Shown: positions 24,719 to 36,679 of the stretch, piece after piece
Layout: each line of letters opens with the position of its first letter
Numbering within the stretch: the stretch's first letter is position 1
Assembly (NCBI GenBank): GCA_002269645.1
Contig: NIVC01001435.1
Span: 124,001 to 188,000, forward strand
Length of the DNA stretch: 64,000 nt
Origin: Macrostomum lignano
Lineage: Eukaryota
Direction: 5' to 3'
The notes under the pieces: generated by a model
What the model was told of the DNA's origin: nothing
What the model saw: the letters and a program-made list of their open reading frames with translations, nothing else
Databases searched by the model: none
Position numbers and translations under genes: made by a program

Positions 24719-26388
24719 CTAGCACTCCCGGTCCTAGCACTCCCGGTCCTAGCACTCCCAGTCCTAGCACTCCCGGTCCTAGCACTCCCGGTCCTAGCAC
24801 TCCCGGTCCTAGCACTCCCAGTCCTAGCACTCCCAGTCCTAGCACTCCCGGTCCTAGCACTCCCGGTCCTAGCACTCCCCAGTGTTAGCACTCCCAGTCC
24901 TAGCACTCCCGGTCCTAGCACTCCCGGTCCTAGCACTCCCAGTCCTAGCACTCCCCAGTGTTAGCACTCCCAGTCCTAGCACTCCCGGTCCTAGCACTCC
25001 CGGTCCTAGCACTCCCGGTCCTAGCACTCCCAGTCCTAGCACTCCCAGTCCTAGCACTCCCCAGTGTTAGCACTCCCAGTCCTAGCACTCCCGGTCCTAG
25101 CACTCCCGGTCCTAGCACTCCCGGTCCTAGCACTCCCAGTCCTAGCACTCCCGGTCCTAGCACTCCCGGTCCTAGCACTCCCAGTCCTAGCACTCCCGGT
25201 CCTAGCACTCCCGGTCCTAGCACTCCCGGTCCTAGCACTCCCAGTCCTAGCACTCCCGGTCCTAGCACTCCCGGTCCTAGCACTCCCGGTCCTAGCACTC
25301 CCGGTCCTAGCACTCCCGGTCCTAGCACTCCCGGTCCTAGCACTCCCGGTCCTAGCACTCCCGGTCCTAGCACTCCCGGTCCTAGCACTCCCGGTCCTAG
25401 CACTCCCGGTCCTAGCACTCCCGGTCCTAGCACTCCCGGTCCTAGCACTCCCAGTCCTAGCACTCCCCAGTGTTAGCACTCCCAGTCCTAGCACTCCCCA
25501 GTGTTAGCACTCCCAGTCCTAGCACTCCCGGTCCTAGCACTCCCGGTCCTAGCACTCCCGGTCCTAGCACTCCCAGTCCTAGCACTCCCAGTCCTAGCAC
25601 TCCCAGTCCTAGCACTCCCGGTCCTAGCACTCCCGGTCCTAGCACTCCCGGTCCTAGCACTCCCAGTCCTAGCACTCCCGGTCCTAGCACTCCCAGTCCT
25701 AGCACTCCCAGTCCTAGCACTCCCGGTCCTAGCACTCCCGGTCCTAGCACTCCCGGTCCTAGCACTCCCGGTCCTAGCACTCCCGGTCCTAGCACTCCCG
25801 GTCCTAGCACTCCCGGTCCTAGCACTCCCAGTCCTAGCACTCCCCAGTGTTAGCACTCCCAGTCCTAGCACTCCCCAGTGTTAGCACTCCCAGTCCTAGC
25901 ACTCCCGGTCCTAGCACTCCCGGTCCTAGCACTCCCGGTCCTAGCACTCCCGGTCCTAGCACTCCCGGTCCTAGCACTCCCGGTCCTAGCACTCCCGGTC
26001 CTAGCACTCCCGGTCCTAGCACTCCCGGTCCTAGCACTCCCGGTCCTAGCACTCCCGGTCCTAGCACTCCCGGTCCTAGCACTCCCGGTCCTAGCACTCC
26101 CGGTCCTAGCACTCCCAGTCCTAGCACTCCCCAGTGTTAGCACTCCCAGTCCTAGCACTCCCCAGTGTTAGCACTCCCAGTCCTAGCACTCCCGGTCCTA
26201 GCACTCCCGGTCCTAGCACTCCCGGTCCTAGCACTCCCAGTCCTAGCACTCCCAGTCCTAGCACTCCCAGTCCTAGCACTCCCAGTCCTAGCACTCCCAG
26301 TCCTAGCACTCCCGGTCCTAGCACTCCCAGTCCTAGCACTCCCGGTCCTAGCACTCCCAGTCCTAGCACTCCCCAGTGTTAGCACTCG
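24719..26388. repeat. 15-bp minisatellite (CCTAGCACTCCCGGT/CCCAGT) with an occasional 16-bp variant, about 110 copies
   Basis: Visible periodicity. It explains the VLALP/STPGP/SARTG ORFs. Confidence 0.97.
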
Positions 26389-26401
26389 CCACAGCCCTAG
26401 C

Positions 26402-27178
26402 CGTGGAGACACAATAGGAATCTGTGGAGACACAATAAGAATCTGTGGAGACACAATAAGAATCTGTGGAAACACAATAGGAATATATGGAGACACAATA
26501 GGAATCTGTGGAGACACTATAGGAATCTGTGGAGACACTATAGGAATCTGTGGAGACACTATAAGAATCTGTGGAGACACAATAAGAATCTGTGGAGACA
26601 CAATAGGAATCTGTGTAGACACAATAGGAATCTGTGCAGACACTATAGGAATCTGTGGAGACACTATAGGAATCTGTGGAGACACTATAAGAATCTGTGG
26701 AGACACTATAGGAATCTGTGGAGACACAATAGGAATCTGTGGAGACACTATAGGAATCTGTGGAGACACTATAGGAATCTGTGGAGACACAATAGGAGAA
26801 TCTGTGGAGACACTATAGGAATCTGTGGAGACACTATAGGAATCTGTGGAGACACAATATGAATCTGTGGAGACACTATAGGAATCTGTGGAGACACTAT
26901 AGGAATCTGTGGAGACACAATAGGAATCTGTGGAGACACTATAGGAATCTGTGGAGACACTATAGGAATCTGTGGAGACACAATTGGAGAATCTGTGGAG
27001 ACACTATAGGAATCTGTGGAGACACAATAGGAATCTGTGCAGACACTATAGGAATTTGTGGAGACACTATAGGAATCTGTGGAGACACTATAGGAATCTG
27101 TGCAGACACTATAGGAATCTGTGCAGACACTATAGGAATCTGTGCAGACACAATAGGAATCTGTGCAGACACAATAGG
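26402..27178. repeat. 21-bp minisatellite (GTGGAGACACTATAGGAATCT), left part; interrupted by the LTR element
   Basis: Visible periodicity. The array resumes at 31761. Confidence 0.95.
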
Positions 27179-27375
27179 TGTAAAGTCTGAAGGCCGCGTG
27201 TTAAGCTGAGCGAGAAAATCAAACACGGGGCCCTAACTGGCCAGGTTAGCGATATATATATTTGAGGTTTTACGCGTACGGCGTACATGACTCATGCGAC
27301 ACAAGATGTACATTTATAATATAACTCACTCGCCTATTTAGAACAAATTGATAATAATATTGCGAGGCAATTACA
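27179..27375 (-). repeat. 3' LTR (197 bp)
   Basis: Reads identical to 31564-31760. Preceded on the minus strand by the polypurine tract GGGGAGAAG (27376-27384). Confidence 0.95.
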
Positions 27376-27497
27376 CTTCTCCCCAAAAAACGAAAAAGCT
27401 CAAAAATGCGGATTAAAAGGATAAGGAAAAGGAATAAAACATTAAGGGTAAAAAACACTTGTCTCAGCCCTTAGCACCAGTTACCCGTCAAAACCCG

Positions 27498-30400
27498 TCA
27501 AACTCTGTAGCTGATAGGCTTGTCCTTGGCCGCTCTCGGGTGCGGCCTCTCAGCAATGCCGCGCTCCGGCGAGGCGGCGCCGGCGTCCGCTTCTGGTGGT
27601 GGGTCCTCGGTCGCTGTCAGAGGCCGGATGTGCGTCAGGTGGCGAGTGCATGTCCGGTCGCCTTGCCGCAGGACGTAGGAATCGCCTCGCCTGTCGGTGA
27701 CGGTCCAGGGTTCGAGCTCGAAAGGCGTTTGAATTTTCGTGCGTCTCGTCCGCTTGCGAAGAACCGCCGAACCCGGCTTGACATTGGCTGCCTTGGCCCT
27801 CCTGGAGCGGTTGAAACCTGCTGCCATCTGGTTGTTGTAGGCCTTGTGGCGCTTTGCGAGTTCGGCGCGGTCGTGCTGCACAGGCTGCGATGGTTGGATT
27901 GACGGGAGGCCGTCGTTGAGGGCTCGGCCCATGAGCAGTTCGGCTGGTGCCACGCCAGTTGCCGAGTGCGGAGTGACGCGATGAGCGAGCAGCCAGTCGT
28001 CGAGTGCGGTGCGCCAGTTGCGTCCTTCTGCGATGCCCGCTCTGATGACCTTGTTGATGCACCTGTTGACTCGCTCGGTCGCTCCGTTCGCCTCTGGGTG
28101 CAGCGGACAGATCCGGCGATGCTTGATGCCGAACTCTGAGAGGAAGTTTGTGAATTCTGCCGAGTTAAACGGAGGTCCATTGTCGCTGACGATTTCCAAC
28201 GGGATGCCGTATCTGCTAAACAGAGTCCGGAGATGCGGAAGCACTGCCTCTGCTGATGTTGAGCTGACTATGTCGACCTCGGGAAATTTTGAAAACAGAT
28301 CGGTTGTCACCAGGAGCATTTTCCCTTGGACTGGGCCGTAAAAGTCCATTCCAAGAACTAGCCATGCTCCGTCCGGAAGTTGCGACGGTGAGAGTGGTGG
28401 CGGTGCGAGGCTCTTCGGCGATGTCGCTTGGCAAGGGAAGCAAGACTGGACGAACGTCTGGCAGTCGCTTCTCATCGCTGGCCACCAGACTTTGGTTTGC
28501 AGTCTGTCCATAGTTTTTCGGCAGCATTGGTGGCCTGCATGTGCCAGCTGGAGCACCGTCCGACGTAAGCTGCTCGGGATGACGATCAACGAGCTCCGTA
28601 GTAGCACGCCGTCATGTTCTGAAAGCTCCTGCTGCAGGCAGGACAAGGCTCGCAGTTCTCTGTTCTGCTTGTCCCATTGACCAGTTCGTAGAGCTGATAG
28701 AGCTGCTTGGATCGTGCCGTCTGACTTTGAAGCCTCCTGAATTGTTGCAAAGTTCAGTCCTTTCGGAGTAGAGCCGATGGCGACTGCGTTGATGAAGCGT
28801 CTGTCCAGGAGTTCCCCGGGGTTGTCCTTTGTCTGCATTTCAGGTTGTCTACTGAGGACATCCGCCGGATTCTGTGGCCCCGGCTGATAGATGAGCTTGA
28901 ATTTGAGGTGCTGCACTCTTAAAGCCATCCGTTCAATCCTTGGTAGAGGCCTGGAACCAGGTTGAAAAAGCGGGACTAATGGGCGGTGATCCGTGATGAC
29001 TGTCTGATGATCAGACTGATGACTGATCTGGGCAGCCGCTGAGGTAGTGCTCGAAACGTAGGCACCCGAATTTCACCCCAAGCGCCTCGCGTTCAATTTG
29101 GGCGTATCGCTGCTCAACTGGCGTGAGCGACCTGCTGGCGAAGGCGACCGGTTTGCGAACGCCTTTCTCATCCACCTGGCTGAGAATGGCACCCAGGCCG
29201 ACTGGTGAGGCGTCCACATGAACTTCTGTTGGGAGATTCACGTCAAAGAAGGCCAGGACGCTCTCCTTGCAGATCGCTGCTCTTGTTTGCAGGAATGCTT
29301 CTTGTTGCCTTTCTGACCAGTACCATTTATGACCTTTTTTTAGCAGTTCTCGCATTGGCTGCGTCAGATCTGAGAAGTTCGGAACGAACCTGGACAGGTA
29401 GGTGGCCAAACCGAGGAATGAGCGCAGCTCTGACACATTTGTTGGCTCCTTAAAGTCTTTGACGGCCTTGATCTTCTCGGCTGCAGGCTGAACGCCTCGT
29501 GCGCTGATGCGCATACCAAGAAAATCGATGAAAGGCTGTGCCAGGCGACACTTGTTCGGGTTGAGTGTGATTCCATGGTCTTGTAGGCGCTTGAAGCACT
29601 GTTTTAGTCGGATGTTGTGCTCTTCCATCGTGCTCGCAAAGACGGTGATGTCATCGTGTGCCCATCGGACACCGTCAAGGCCGCTCAGGACGCCTGTCAT
29701 AACCCTTTGCAATATCTCGGATGCGTTGGTGAATCCCATGCTGAGTCTGGTCAGTCGCATGAGACCCAGTGGGGTGCTGAAGGTGAAGATGTGACGGGAT
29801 TCCGGTTTGACGAGGATCTGGTGGAAAGCCTTTACGATGTCGAGCTCGCTGAATACCGTGGAACCCGCCATTTCGTCCGTGATCTCTTCAAAGGTTGGGA
29901 TGGGCTGCTTTTCTGGCACGGCAAATGAGTTGACGTCGCGCAGGTCTTGGCAGATGCGGATGCCACTGCCTTCTTTCGGGACGACAACCATGCGGGAGAC
30001 CCACGGTGACGGGCCGTTGACGCGCTCGATGATTCCTTGGTCGAGGAGAGCCTGAAGTTCCGCGATGACCGCCGACCGCTGGTGGACGGGAACTCTGGAG
30101 GGTGGGTGACAGACTGGGACAGCTTCTGGTCGAAGACGAACGTCGACCTCGACGCCCTTAACGCAGCCAAGGCCTTCGAAGATTGACTGAAACTCACCAA
30201 GGATGCTGCTGATGCGGAGTTCGGTTGGAAGATCTTGGTCGACATCTCTGTACTTGGAGAACAGCTCTTGAATACCTGATGCGGCTAGATTTTCCGTGGG
30301 CTGCACCGAGTTGACTTCAACTGTTGGATGTTGGATGTGCAGAATTCCCATGTTGAAAGCGGTTTCTCGACCGAGTAGTGTGGTTCCACAGCCTTTGGTG

Positions 30401-30711
30401 ATGTAGAATGAAGCTAGTTGTCTGCTAGCTGCGGTGCTCACGTTGAGGTCAGCGACACCCAGGACTTGGAGAGGCGTTGTGGACCCGTAGCTGAAAATTG
30501 GATGGATGGCGCTGCGCAGTCGAACATTTCTTAGCCGCCGGAAGTTCTCCTCGCTCATGACGTTGCAGCTGGCTCCACTATCCACGAGTACGATGAAGTC
30601 CTTGCCCTCGATCCTCAGATTAGTGTTGGCGGAGTTGCGTCTGGGTGCCGTTTTTTGCGACTGGATAGTGAAAGCCTCCTCATTTAGCGAATCGTGATCG
30701 ATGAAGACCCC
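27498..30711 (-). CDS. Gypsy pol (protease, RT, RNase H, integrase), frameshifted in RNase H near 29010
   Basis: Protease LVDSGASCN; RT ICQDLRDVN, LSMGFTNAS and AHDD; RNase H DASPVGLGA and YAQIEREALG, then TDHRPL in another frame; integrase HHCC, MDFYGP, SDNGPPF and PEANGATERVN. Confidence 0.93.
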
Positions 30712-31526
30712 TCAGCTTCTTTGTCCGCTACGGCGTTGATGCTGGAGCTTGTTTGAGGCCTGCGTTGTCTGCATGCTTTGGCGAGATGGTTTGGCTTGCC
30801 GCATGCCAGGCAGGTTTTGCCTTTTGCCGCCTTGCATGAGCTGTGCCCGCGTTCGCCGCATCGATAGCAGCTGGTTGGGCCGCTGTTTGCTTGGCCGCCA
30901 GGGACCCGCTGACTGTTCGGGCGCGTTCCGCTGTCTCTGAACTGCTTCGGTGCCGCTCTGTGCACTGCTGCGATGCTACTGGAGTTCTCAATGGCCGTGG
31001 CCTGCTCTTCTGCTGCTTCAAACGCGCGCGCTTGTCTCAACGCATCGCCGAGAGAGATGTTGGACTCCTGCAGTAATCTTCGCCGAAGTTTATCGGAGCA
31101 GCATGTGGCCACTATCTGATCTCTGATTAGGGAGTCCTTGAGTGCTGAGAACTCGCATGTCTCGGCCGCTGAGTTGAGTCGGGAGTACCAGGAGTCCACT
31201 GGCTCTCCGGTTTGCTGAACGCATAGACGAAACTGATAGCGGGCAAATACGATGTTGTTGCGCTCCTTGAAGTGCTCTTTTATTGCTGCGAGCAGAGTTT
31301 CGAGGCTGTCTTTCTTGTCATCTGGCAGGTCTTTAATGATTTCCGCGATTTCTCTGCCGGCCGTGTAGGCCAGGAGCTTGCACTTCTGAGTTTCGTCTTT
31401 GATGCCTGACGCTTCGATAAAGTCACAAAAATGATCGGACCATTTGTTCCAGCGTTTACCGGCATTCTGTTGATCTGCACTAGTGCTGAATTGCTCAGGG
31501 GGTGGCAGTGAGATGAATTGAGCCAT
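30684..31526 (-). CDS. Gypsy gag with two zinc knuckles
   Basis: 280-aa ORF with LIRDQIV and CYRCGERGHSSC...CLACGKPNHLAKAC. Confidence 0.92.
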   Translation of the reverse strand: MAQFISLPPPEQFSTSADQQNAGKRWNKWSDHFCDFIEASGIKDETQKCKLLAYTAGREIAEIIKDLPDDKKDSLETLLAAIKEHFKERNNIVFARYQFRLCVQQTGEPVDSWYSRLNSAAETCEFSALKDSLIRDQIVATCCSDKLRRRLLQESNISLGDALRQARAFEAAEEQATAIENSSSIAAVHRAAPKQFRDSGTRPNSQRVPGGQANSGPTSCYRCGERGHSSCKAAKGKTCLACGKPNHLAKACRQRRPQTSSSINAVADKEAEGSSSITIR

Positions 31527-31547
31527 GAGTGACTGGACAAAGTGGGC

Positions 31548-31562
31548 TTGCTAGCGACGCCA
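31548..31562 (-). other. Primer-binding site TGGCGTCGCTAG
   Basis: Begins with TGG, 1 nt inside the 5' LTR boundary on the minus strand. The cognate tRNA was not identified. Confidence 0.75.
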
Positions 31563-31563
31563 C

Positions 31564-31760
31564 TGTAAAGTCTGAAGGCCGCGTGTTAAGCTGAGCGAGA
31601 AAATCAAACACGGGGCCCTAACTGGCCAGGTTAGCGATATATATATTTGAGGTTTTACGCGTACGGCGTACATGACTCATGCGACACAAGATGTACATTT
31701 ATAATATAACTCACTCGCCTATTTAGAACAAATTGATAATAATATTGCGAGGCAATTACA
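31564..31760 (-). repeat. 5' LTR (197 bp)
   Basis: Direct repeat of 27179-27375. Confidence 0.95.
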
Positions 31761-31830
31761 ATAGGAATCTGTGCAGACACAATAGGAATCTGTGCAGACA
31801 CTATAGGAATCTGTGGAGACACAATAGGAA
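31761..31830. repeat. 21-bp minisatellite, right remainder after the LTR element
   Basis: ATAGGAATCTGTGCAGACAC units resume immediately after the LTR. Confidence 0.9.
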
Positions 31831-32171
31831 TTTCAGAGCTAAAAGAAAATCGAACTGTTTAACTAAAGCAATCCGTACTTCACTGCGCCTGTCTTCTGTC
31901 TACCTGGATTTGCTAAAAATTGCACAGGGTTACTCTATATTTAGTCACATGATAACCCATGGAAAAATTACTAATTCAACCTGCAATCAACTAAGGTTGC
32001 TATCTTAGCAGCATCTTTAAGCCAATGAGGCGTGTGCTGTGTCTATATCCTGCCCTTACCCTACGGGTTTGAAAATTCAACACTTGCATAAATTGATGAA
32101 TCAGAGCGCCCACCTCAGGCTAGGGCTAATACATATTAGTGGCAGTCTCTGCCACACCCAGACAGCGCCGC

Positions 32172-32747
32172 ATGGACTCCTATAAAGTTGTTGTCGTTGG
32201 TGACGGGGCCGTTGGCAAGACGGCCATGCTGATCTCCTACGTGAGCAACAGTTTCCCCACTGACTACGTGCCGACCGTGTTCGACTCCAGCACCACCAAG
32301 GAGATGGTCAACGGCCGGCTGATTGAGCTCAACTTCTGGGACACCGCCGGCCAGACCGACTACGACCGGGTCCGGCCGCTGAGCTACCCGCACTCCAGCC
32401 TGTTCCTGCTGTGCTTCTCCATCAGCAGCCGCATCAGCTTCGACAATGTGGCCACGAAATGGAAGCCGGAGCTGCAGCACTACAGTCCCGGCGTGCCCAT
32501 CCTGCTGGTTGGCACCAAGCAGGATCTGCGCGACTCAGCCAGCGAGGGCGGCGCTTTCGGCAGCGGCTTTGTGCGCTACGCCGAGGGCGCCGATTTGGCA
32601 AAGCGGATCGGCGCCGCCGGCTACGTGGAGTGCTCGGCCCTGACTCAGGCCAACCTGCGCGGCGTCTTTGCGGAGGCTGTACGCCTCATCACTTCCCCGC
32701 CGCGTCCCCAGAAGCCGAGCTGGCGGGACAGGTGCCAAGTTCTGTAG
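32172..32747 (+). CDS. Intronless Rho-family small GTPase (Rac/Cdc42-like), 191 aa, CAAX CQVL
   Basis: GDGAVGKT, YVPTVFD, WDTAGQ, RPLSYP, VGTKQDLR, YVECSALTQ and a terminal CQVL. Confidence 0.93.
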   Translation: MDSYKVVVVGDGAVGKTAMLISYVSNSFPTDYVPTVFDSSTTKEMVNGRLIELNFWDTAGQTDYDRVRPLSYPHSSLFLLCFSISSRISFDNVATKWKPELQHYSPGVPILLVGTKQDLRDSASEGGAFGSGFVRYAEGADLAKRIGAAGYVECSALTQANLRGVFAEAVRLITSPPRPQKPSWRDRCQVL

Positions 32748-32975
32748 CTGATTGACTGTTTCAACCTGAGATGCTGCTCCATATTCCATATGCTTCGTCA
32801 CCATTGAACTGCGGATCTTCACATTTGCTCGGTCATCTCAGCCTAACTCTTACCAGGGCTGCTAGTAGTACAGGGACTGCTGATCTCATGGACACCAAAA
32901 TCTTAATGGACTATTTAAAGTAGAAAGAAGTATGAAGCCATGAAAGCTTGAAAAATTCATTGGCAGGCGGATTTT

Positions 32976-33555
32976 CATGCTCCATGAGAGTCACTCCACC
33001 CAATCCCATATGCTCCATGAGAGTCACTCCACCCAATCTCACATGCTCCATGAGAGTCACTCCACCCAATCTCACATGCTCCATGAGAGTCACTCCACTC
33101 AATCTCATATGCTCCATGAGAGTCACTCCACCCAATCTCATATGCTCCATGAGAGTCACTCCACCCAATCTCACATGCTCCATGAGAGTCACTCCACCCA
33201 ATCTCACATGCTCCATGAGAGTCACTCCACCCAATCTCACATGCTCCATGAGAGTCACTCCACCCAATCCCACATGCTCCATGAGAGTCACTCCTCTCAA
33301 TCTCATATCCTCCATGAGAGTCACTCCACCCAATCCCACATGCTCCATGAGAGCCACTCCTCTCAATCTCATATCCTCCATGAGAGTCACTCCACCCAAT
33401 CCCACATGCTCCATGAGAGTCACTCCTCTCAATCTCATATCCTCCATGAGAGTCACTCCACCCAATCCCACATGCTCCATGAGAGTCACTCCACCCAATC
33501 CCACATGCTCCATGAGAGTCACTCCACCCAATCTCACATGCTTCATGAGAGTCGC
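32976..33555. repeat. 33-bp minisatellite (CATGCTCCATGAGAGTCACTCCACCCAATCTCA), about 18 copies
   Basis: Visible periodicity. Confidence 0.95.
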
Positions 33556-33889
33556 TCCATCTAATCCATTGAGCAGAGTGAAATTATTTGGCAATGTAGA
33601 CCAAGCAGTTTCTGACATTTGGTGCCAATTATAAGACTGTACCAATCACCATTTCTCTGCTATCAAACCGCCATTTTTTTCAACAAAAGATAAAATTTTG
33701 CATGCTGAATCTGATGGCTAAATGAATGTTTCAATATATTACATGCGAGCTACATTTAAACTGCTTTGAATTTGGTCCTCACTTGAATTTTTTTAATGCT
33801 TGACAACTTAGATTTATTAGCGAAGTATTCAATTTTCGGACAGTAGTTTATGACCTCTGCTCTGTCGTCTATTGCAGGGTCTGCTTGCC

Positions 33890-34245
33890 TGAGTGAGACA
33901 GGGAAAGAGTGAGACAATGAGAAAGTGAGATAGGGAGAGAGTGAGATAGGGAAGAGAGTGAGACAGGGAGAGAGTGAGACAGGGAGAGAGTGAGACAGGG
34001 AGAGAGTGAGACAGGGAAGAGAGTGAGACGGGGAGAGAGTGAGACAGGGAGAGAGTGAGACAAGGAGAGAGTGAGACAGGGAGAAAGTGAGATAGGGAAG
34101 AGAGTGAGACAGGGAGAAAGTGAGACAAGGAGAGAGTGAGACAGGGAGAAAGTGAGATAGGGAAGAGAGTGAGACAGGGAGAAAGTGAGATAGTGAAGAG
34201 AGTGAGACAGGGATACAGTGAGACAATAGTGAGAGTGAGACAGGG
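33890..34245. repeat. Purine-rich 15/16-bp repeat (GAGTGAGACAGGGAGA)
   Basis: Visible, with variants. Confidence 0.9.
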
Positions 34246-35414
34246 GAGGGTGTGGAAATGTATTTTCATATGCTGAAGCCCAGTCCAGTACCATATTTAA
34301 AATCTGATGGATGAAACACGGATTTCATGCTGCTGGTTGACAACAGGCAAGACCCAAGGGCAAGGCAGGGCAGAGTGGCGCACTGGAGCTACAGATAGTT
34401 CAGGGCATGGCATAAACAGTGCCAAACAGGCTCGCAGCAGCTCTGTATCAAAGCAATCTTTGAAAGAAGCATAGTATAGCCATTAGTCACCCTGGTTAGC
34501 ACAGAACTGTGACTGCAGCCAATGCAGATTCTCTCATTCACTCTGCTGTTTGCGGAGAGTGAATTAGCAGCAATGGACCATTATTACAGTTGTGCAGCCT
34601 TCACGTACATCCCCTTTTGGCAGCAGAAGCAGAAACTGCCTACTAGGAGGGCAAGCCAACTATGAAAAAGTGTAATAAAATAAATAACAACAATAACAAT
34701 AAGAAGAATTACTATTAGTTGCAGAAGGTCTGTGGTCACCCTGGTGCAACGCCTTATGAGACATGATTCCACACCCAGCGCTGGGGCGATTCAGCCCAGT
34801 CCGCTGAGTCCTGAGCACATGCAAACGCGCCAATACTGTACACAGACATGCACTCACACACACTCTCACACGAGCTCATCAAAAATTAAAATAAAATAAA
34901 TTGGAAAATTTAATTGTCGAGCTTTTGCAAAATAACACACAAAGTGTCTACTCGGACATGATTTGCTGAAATATGGATCAGGGAACAATACTAATTATAG
35001 AACTCCTCGACTAAGTTCGCGAGCCTCTATGAACCCGCAATTTATTTCTCTATGGCAATGTTAGAACTGCCAGCTATATATTTTGTTTAACTAATCATAT
35101 TTTGAACCGATTATTCAGTTAGTCGCTAGGCGGCCGCCGAACGCCCCTCGTCCAGTGACAACTGTTAAGTGCAAGAGCGGCCAGTGCTGGGGGCGCTCTC
35201 GGATTTACTGCTTGCATTTAAGAAAACAAACAGCTGCTTGTTGCTGGGGACCGCTCTTCGTCTGTTTAATTTATAGAGCAGAAAACTGAACTCGTGTAGA
35301 AATATATATAAAAGCTTGATAAGAAGCACTGCCCTGTGCTGTCTGCATTGATTCGGTAAGTGGACCTCCAAGGAATCTTTTTTTCTGATATCAAATCTTA
35401 CGTTTGAGGTGAGT

Positions 35415-36185
35415 TGGAATCCGCCGATATCAATTGAGTTGGCTGGAATCCGCCGATATCAATTGAGTTGGCTGGAATCCGCTGGTATCAATCGAGTTGG
35501 CTGGAATCCGCTGGTATCAATCGAGTTGGCTGGAATCCGCTGGTATCAATCGAGTTGGTTGGAATCCGCCGATATCAATTGAGTTGGCTGGAATCCGCTG
35601 ATATCAATCGAGTTGGCTGGAATCCGCTGGTATCAATCGAGTTGGCTGGAATCCGCTGATATCAATCGAGTTGGCTGGAATCCGCTGATATCAATCGAGT
35701 TGGCTGGAATCCGCTGATATCAATCGAGTTGGCTGGAATCCGCTGATATCAATCGAGTTGGCTGGAATCCGCTGGTATCAATCGAGTTGGCTGGAATCCG
35801 CTGATATCAATCGAGTTGGCTGGAATCCGCTGGTATCAATCGAGCTGGTTGGAATCCGCCGATATCAATTGAGTTGGCTGGAATCCGCTGGTATCAATCG
35901 AGTTGGTTGGAATCCGCCGATATCAATTGAGTTGGCTGGAATCCGCTGGTATCAATCGAGTTGGCTGGAATCCGCTGGTATCAATCGAGTTGGCTGGAAT
36001 CCGCTGGTATCAATCGAGTTGGCTGGAATCCGCTGGTATCAATCGAGTTGGCTGGAATCCGCTGATATCAATCGAGTTGGCTGGAATCCGCTGATATCAA
36101 TCGAGTTGGCTGGAATCCGCTGATATCAATCGAGTTGGCTGGAATCCGCTGGTATCAATCGAGTTGGCTGGAATCCGCTGGTATC
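35415..36185. repeat. 29-bp minisatellite (GAGTTGGCTGGAATCCGCTGGTATCAATC), about 26 copies
   Basis: Visible periodicity. Confidence 0.95.
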
Positions 36186-36590
36186 AATTGAGTTGGAACC
36201 AGCTGATACTGATATCAATTGAGTTGGAACCAGCTGATACTGATATCAATTGAGTTGGAACCAGCTGATACTGATATCAATTGAGTTGGAACCAGCTGAT
36301 ACTGATTTCAATTGAGTTGGAACCAGCTGATACTGATATCAATTGAGTTGGAACCAGCTGATACTGATATCAATTGAGTTGGAACCAGCTGATACTGATA
36401 TCAATTGAGTTGGAACCAGCTGATACTGATATCAATTGAGTTGGAACCAGCTGATACTGATATCAATTGAGTTGGAACCAGCTGATACTGATATCAATTG
36501 AGTTGGAACCAGCTGATACTGATATCAATTGAGTTGGAACCAGCTGATACTTATGTCGATTGAGTTGGAACCAGCTGACACTGATATCAA
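36186..36590. repeat. 31-bp minisatellite (GATATCAATTGAGTTGGAACCAGCTGATACT), about 13 copies
   Basis: Period 31. Abuts the 29-bp array and shares a core with it. Confidence 0.95.
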
Positions 36591-36679
36591 TTTACAGTTG
36601 GAATATCTGTGACTTACTACAAGCTATATCTTGACCCCACCTCAATTCAGACTTGTTCATCCAGACAGCTGCTTCAGTC

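Larger units (their letters stand above)
27179..31760 (-). mobile_element. Full-length Ty3/Gypsy LTR retrotransposon (Mag-like gag), 4.58 kb
   Basis: Two 197-bp LTRs with TGTAA...TTACA ends, 5-bp TSD ATAGG (27174-27178 and 31761-31765), PBS and PPT. Domain order is gag, PR, RT, RH, INT. Confidence 0.96.
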
